A stretch of DNA of 64,000 bases, taken from NCBI GenBank assembly GCA_963737265.1, contig CAVTRY010000002.1, forward strand, positions 32,001 to 96,000. Direction: 5' to 3'. The notes under the pieces are model-generated. The model was given only the letters and a program-made list of their open reading frames with translations. It did not search any database and had not been told where the DNA came from. Of the stretch, positions 63,546-64,000 are shown piece after piece. Both the position numbers and the translations under genes were made by a program. The number at the start of each line of letters is the position of its first letter. Positions within the stretch are counted from its first letter, which is position 1. The DNA is from an uncultured delta proteobacterium (GTDB taxonomy: Bacteria; Myxococcota_A; Polyangia; Fen-1088).

Positions 63546-63798
63546 ATCCCCTCGCAGGAGCAATGGTTGGAGAGACCGAATAGTAACAGGTTCGTTTGGG
63601 AAAGGGGCCGTGTTTTCAAGGCTTTGTGGTCCGAATTGTCGACATGTTACTTGGGACTCAAGACGTGTCCATAAATGGACCCGTCTTGAAGATTTTTGAA
63701 GGGAGGGCCGCTGCCCTCCCCTCGTCCGCGAAGTAAATTCGCGGGCTTCACCCCAGGTTCATCACCGTGACTACTATTTCCCAAAAGAACGGCCGATC

Positions 63799-63999
63799 CT
63801 ACGTCCGCCCTGAGTGCTCGCCGTGGCGCTTGATCTTGCTTTCGAGAACGCGCGCTTGTTCTTCGATGTGCCACGGGCGCTCGGCGTAGACATCGTCGAA
63901 AAGCGACGCCGCCCTAGGACGCGCGGCCACCGCCTCGGTTTCACTAACCAGCGCGGCAAAGCGACCGTCAAATTCCTGACGGACGCTGGCCTCGTCCTC
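63799..63999 (-). CDS. C-terminus of a 2-oxoacid (pyruvate/branched-chain) dehydrogenase E1 alpha subunit (partial)
   Basis: Manual translation ...SLFDDVYAERPWHIEEQ...RT*; not in the ORF track. Confidence 0.7.
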   Translation of the reverse strand, partial: EDEASVRQEFDGRFAALVSETEAVAARPRAASLFDDVYAERPWHIEEQARVLESKIKRHGEHSGRT

Positions 64000-64000
64000 A

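Overview
GC-rich bacterial chromosomal window whose gene content suggests Myxococcota/Deltaproteobacteria (inference). From left to right: part of a dcw cluster (ftsI partial, murE, murF, mraY, murD, ftsW, murG), an outer-membrane beta-barrel gene and a MarR-leuC-leuD operon. Next is an integration hotspot at tRNA-Arg(TCG), about 13.1-23.0 kb. It holds a 7.9-kb island with no integrase of its own, bounded by a 43-bp tRNA 3'-half repeat, carrying an excisionase, an AlbA_2/Schlafen-HATPase protein, an ISKra4-like IS with TIRs and a 9-bp TSD, and a TOTE-type primase-helicase. A second, decayed element duplicates the tRNA 5' half and carries integrase relics. Then come a GT39/carbamoyltransferase pair, argH, a polysaccharide islet, an MntA-HepT toxin-antitoxin pair, hisBHAF, Cys-rich lipoproteins, metK, peptidoglycan-remodelling genes and ruvX-mltG. 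The right end has a minimal cytoplasmic chemosensory operon divergent from a GAF-PilB/GspE ATPase, a ~2600-aa TPR-like protein and the 3' end of a 2-oxoacid dehydrogenase E1-alpha gene. The most notable observations are the tRNA whose two halves are each duplicated on opposite sides, the candidate defence island, and the CheR/CheB-less chemosensory module with a D-to-A pseudo-receiver. All family calls come from recognising motifs by eye; no searches were run. Several single-base frameshifts, including one in essential murE, could be assembly errors.
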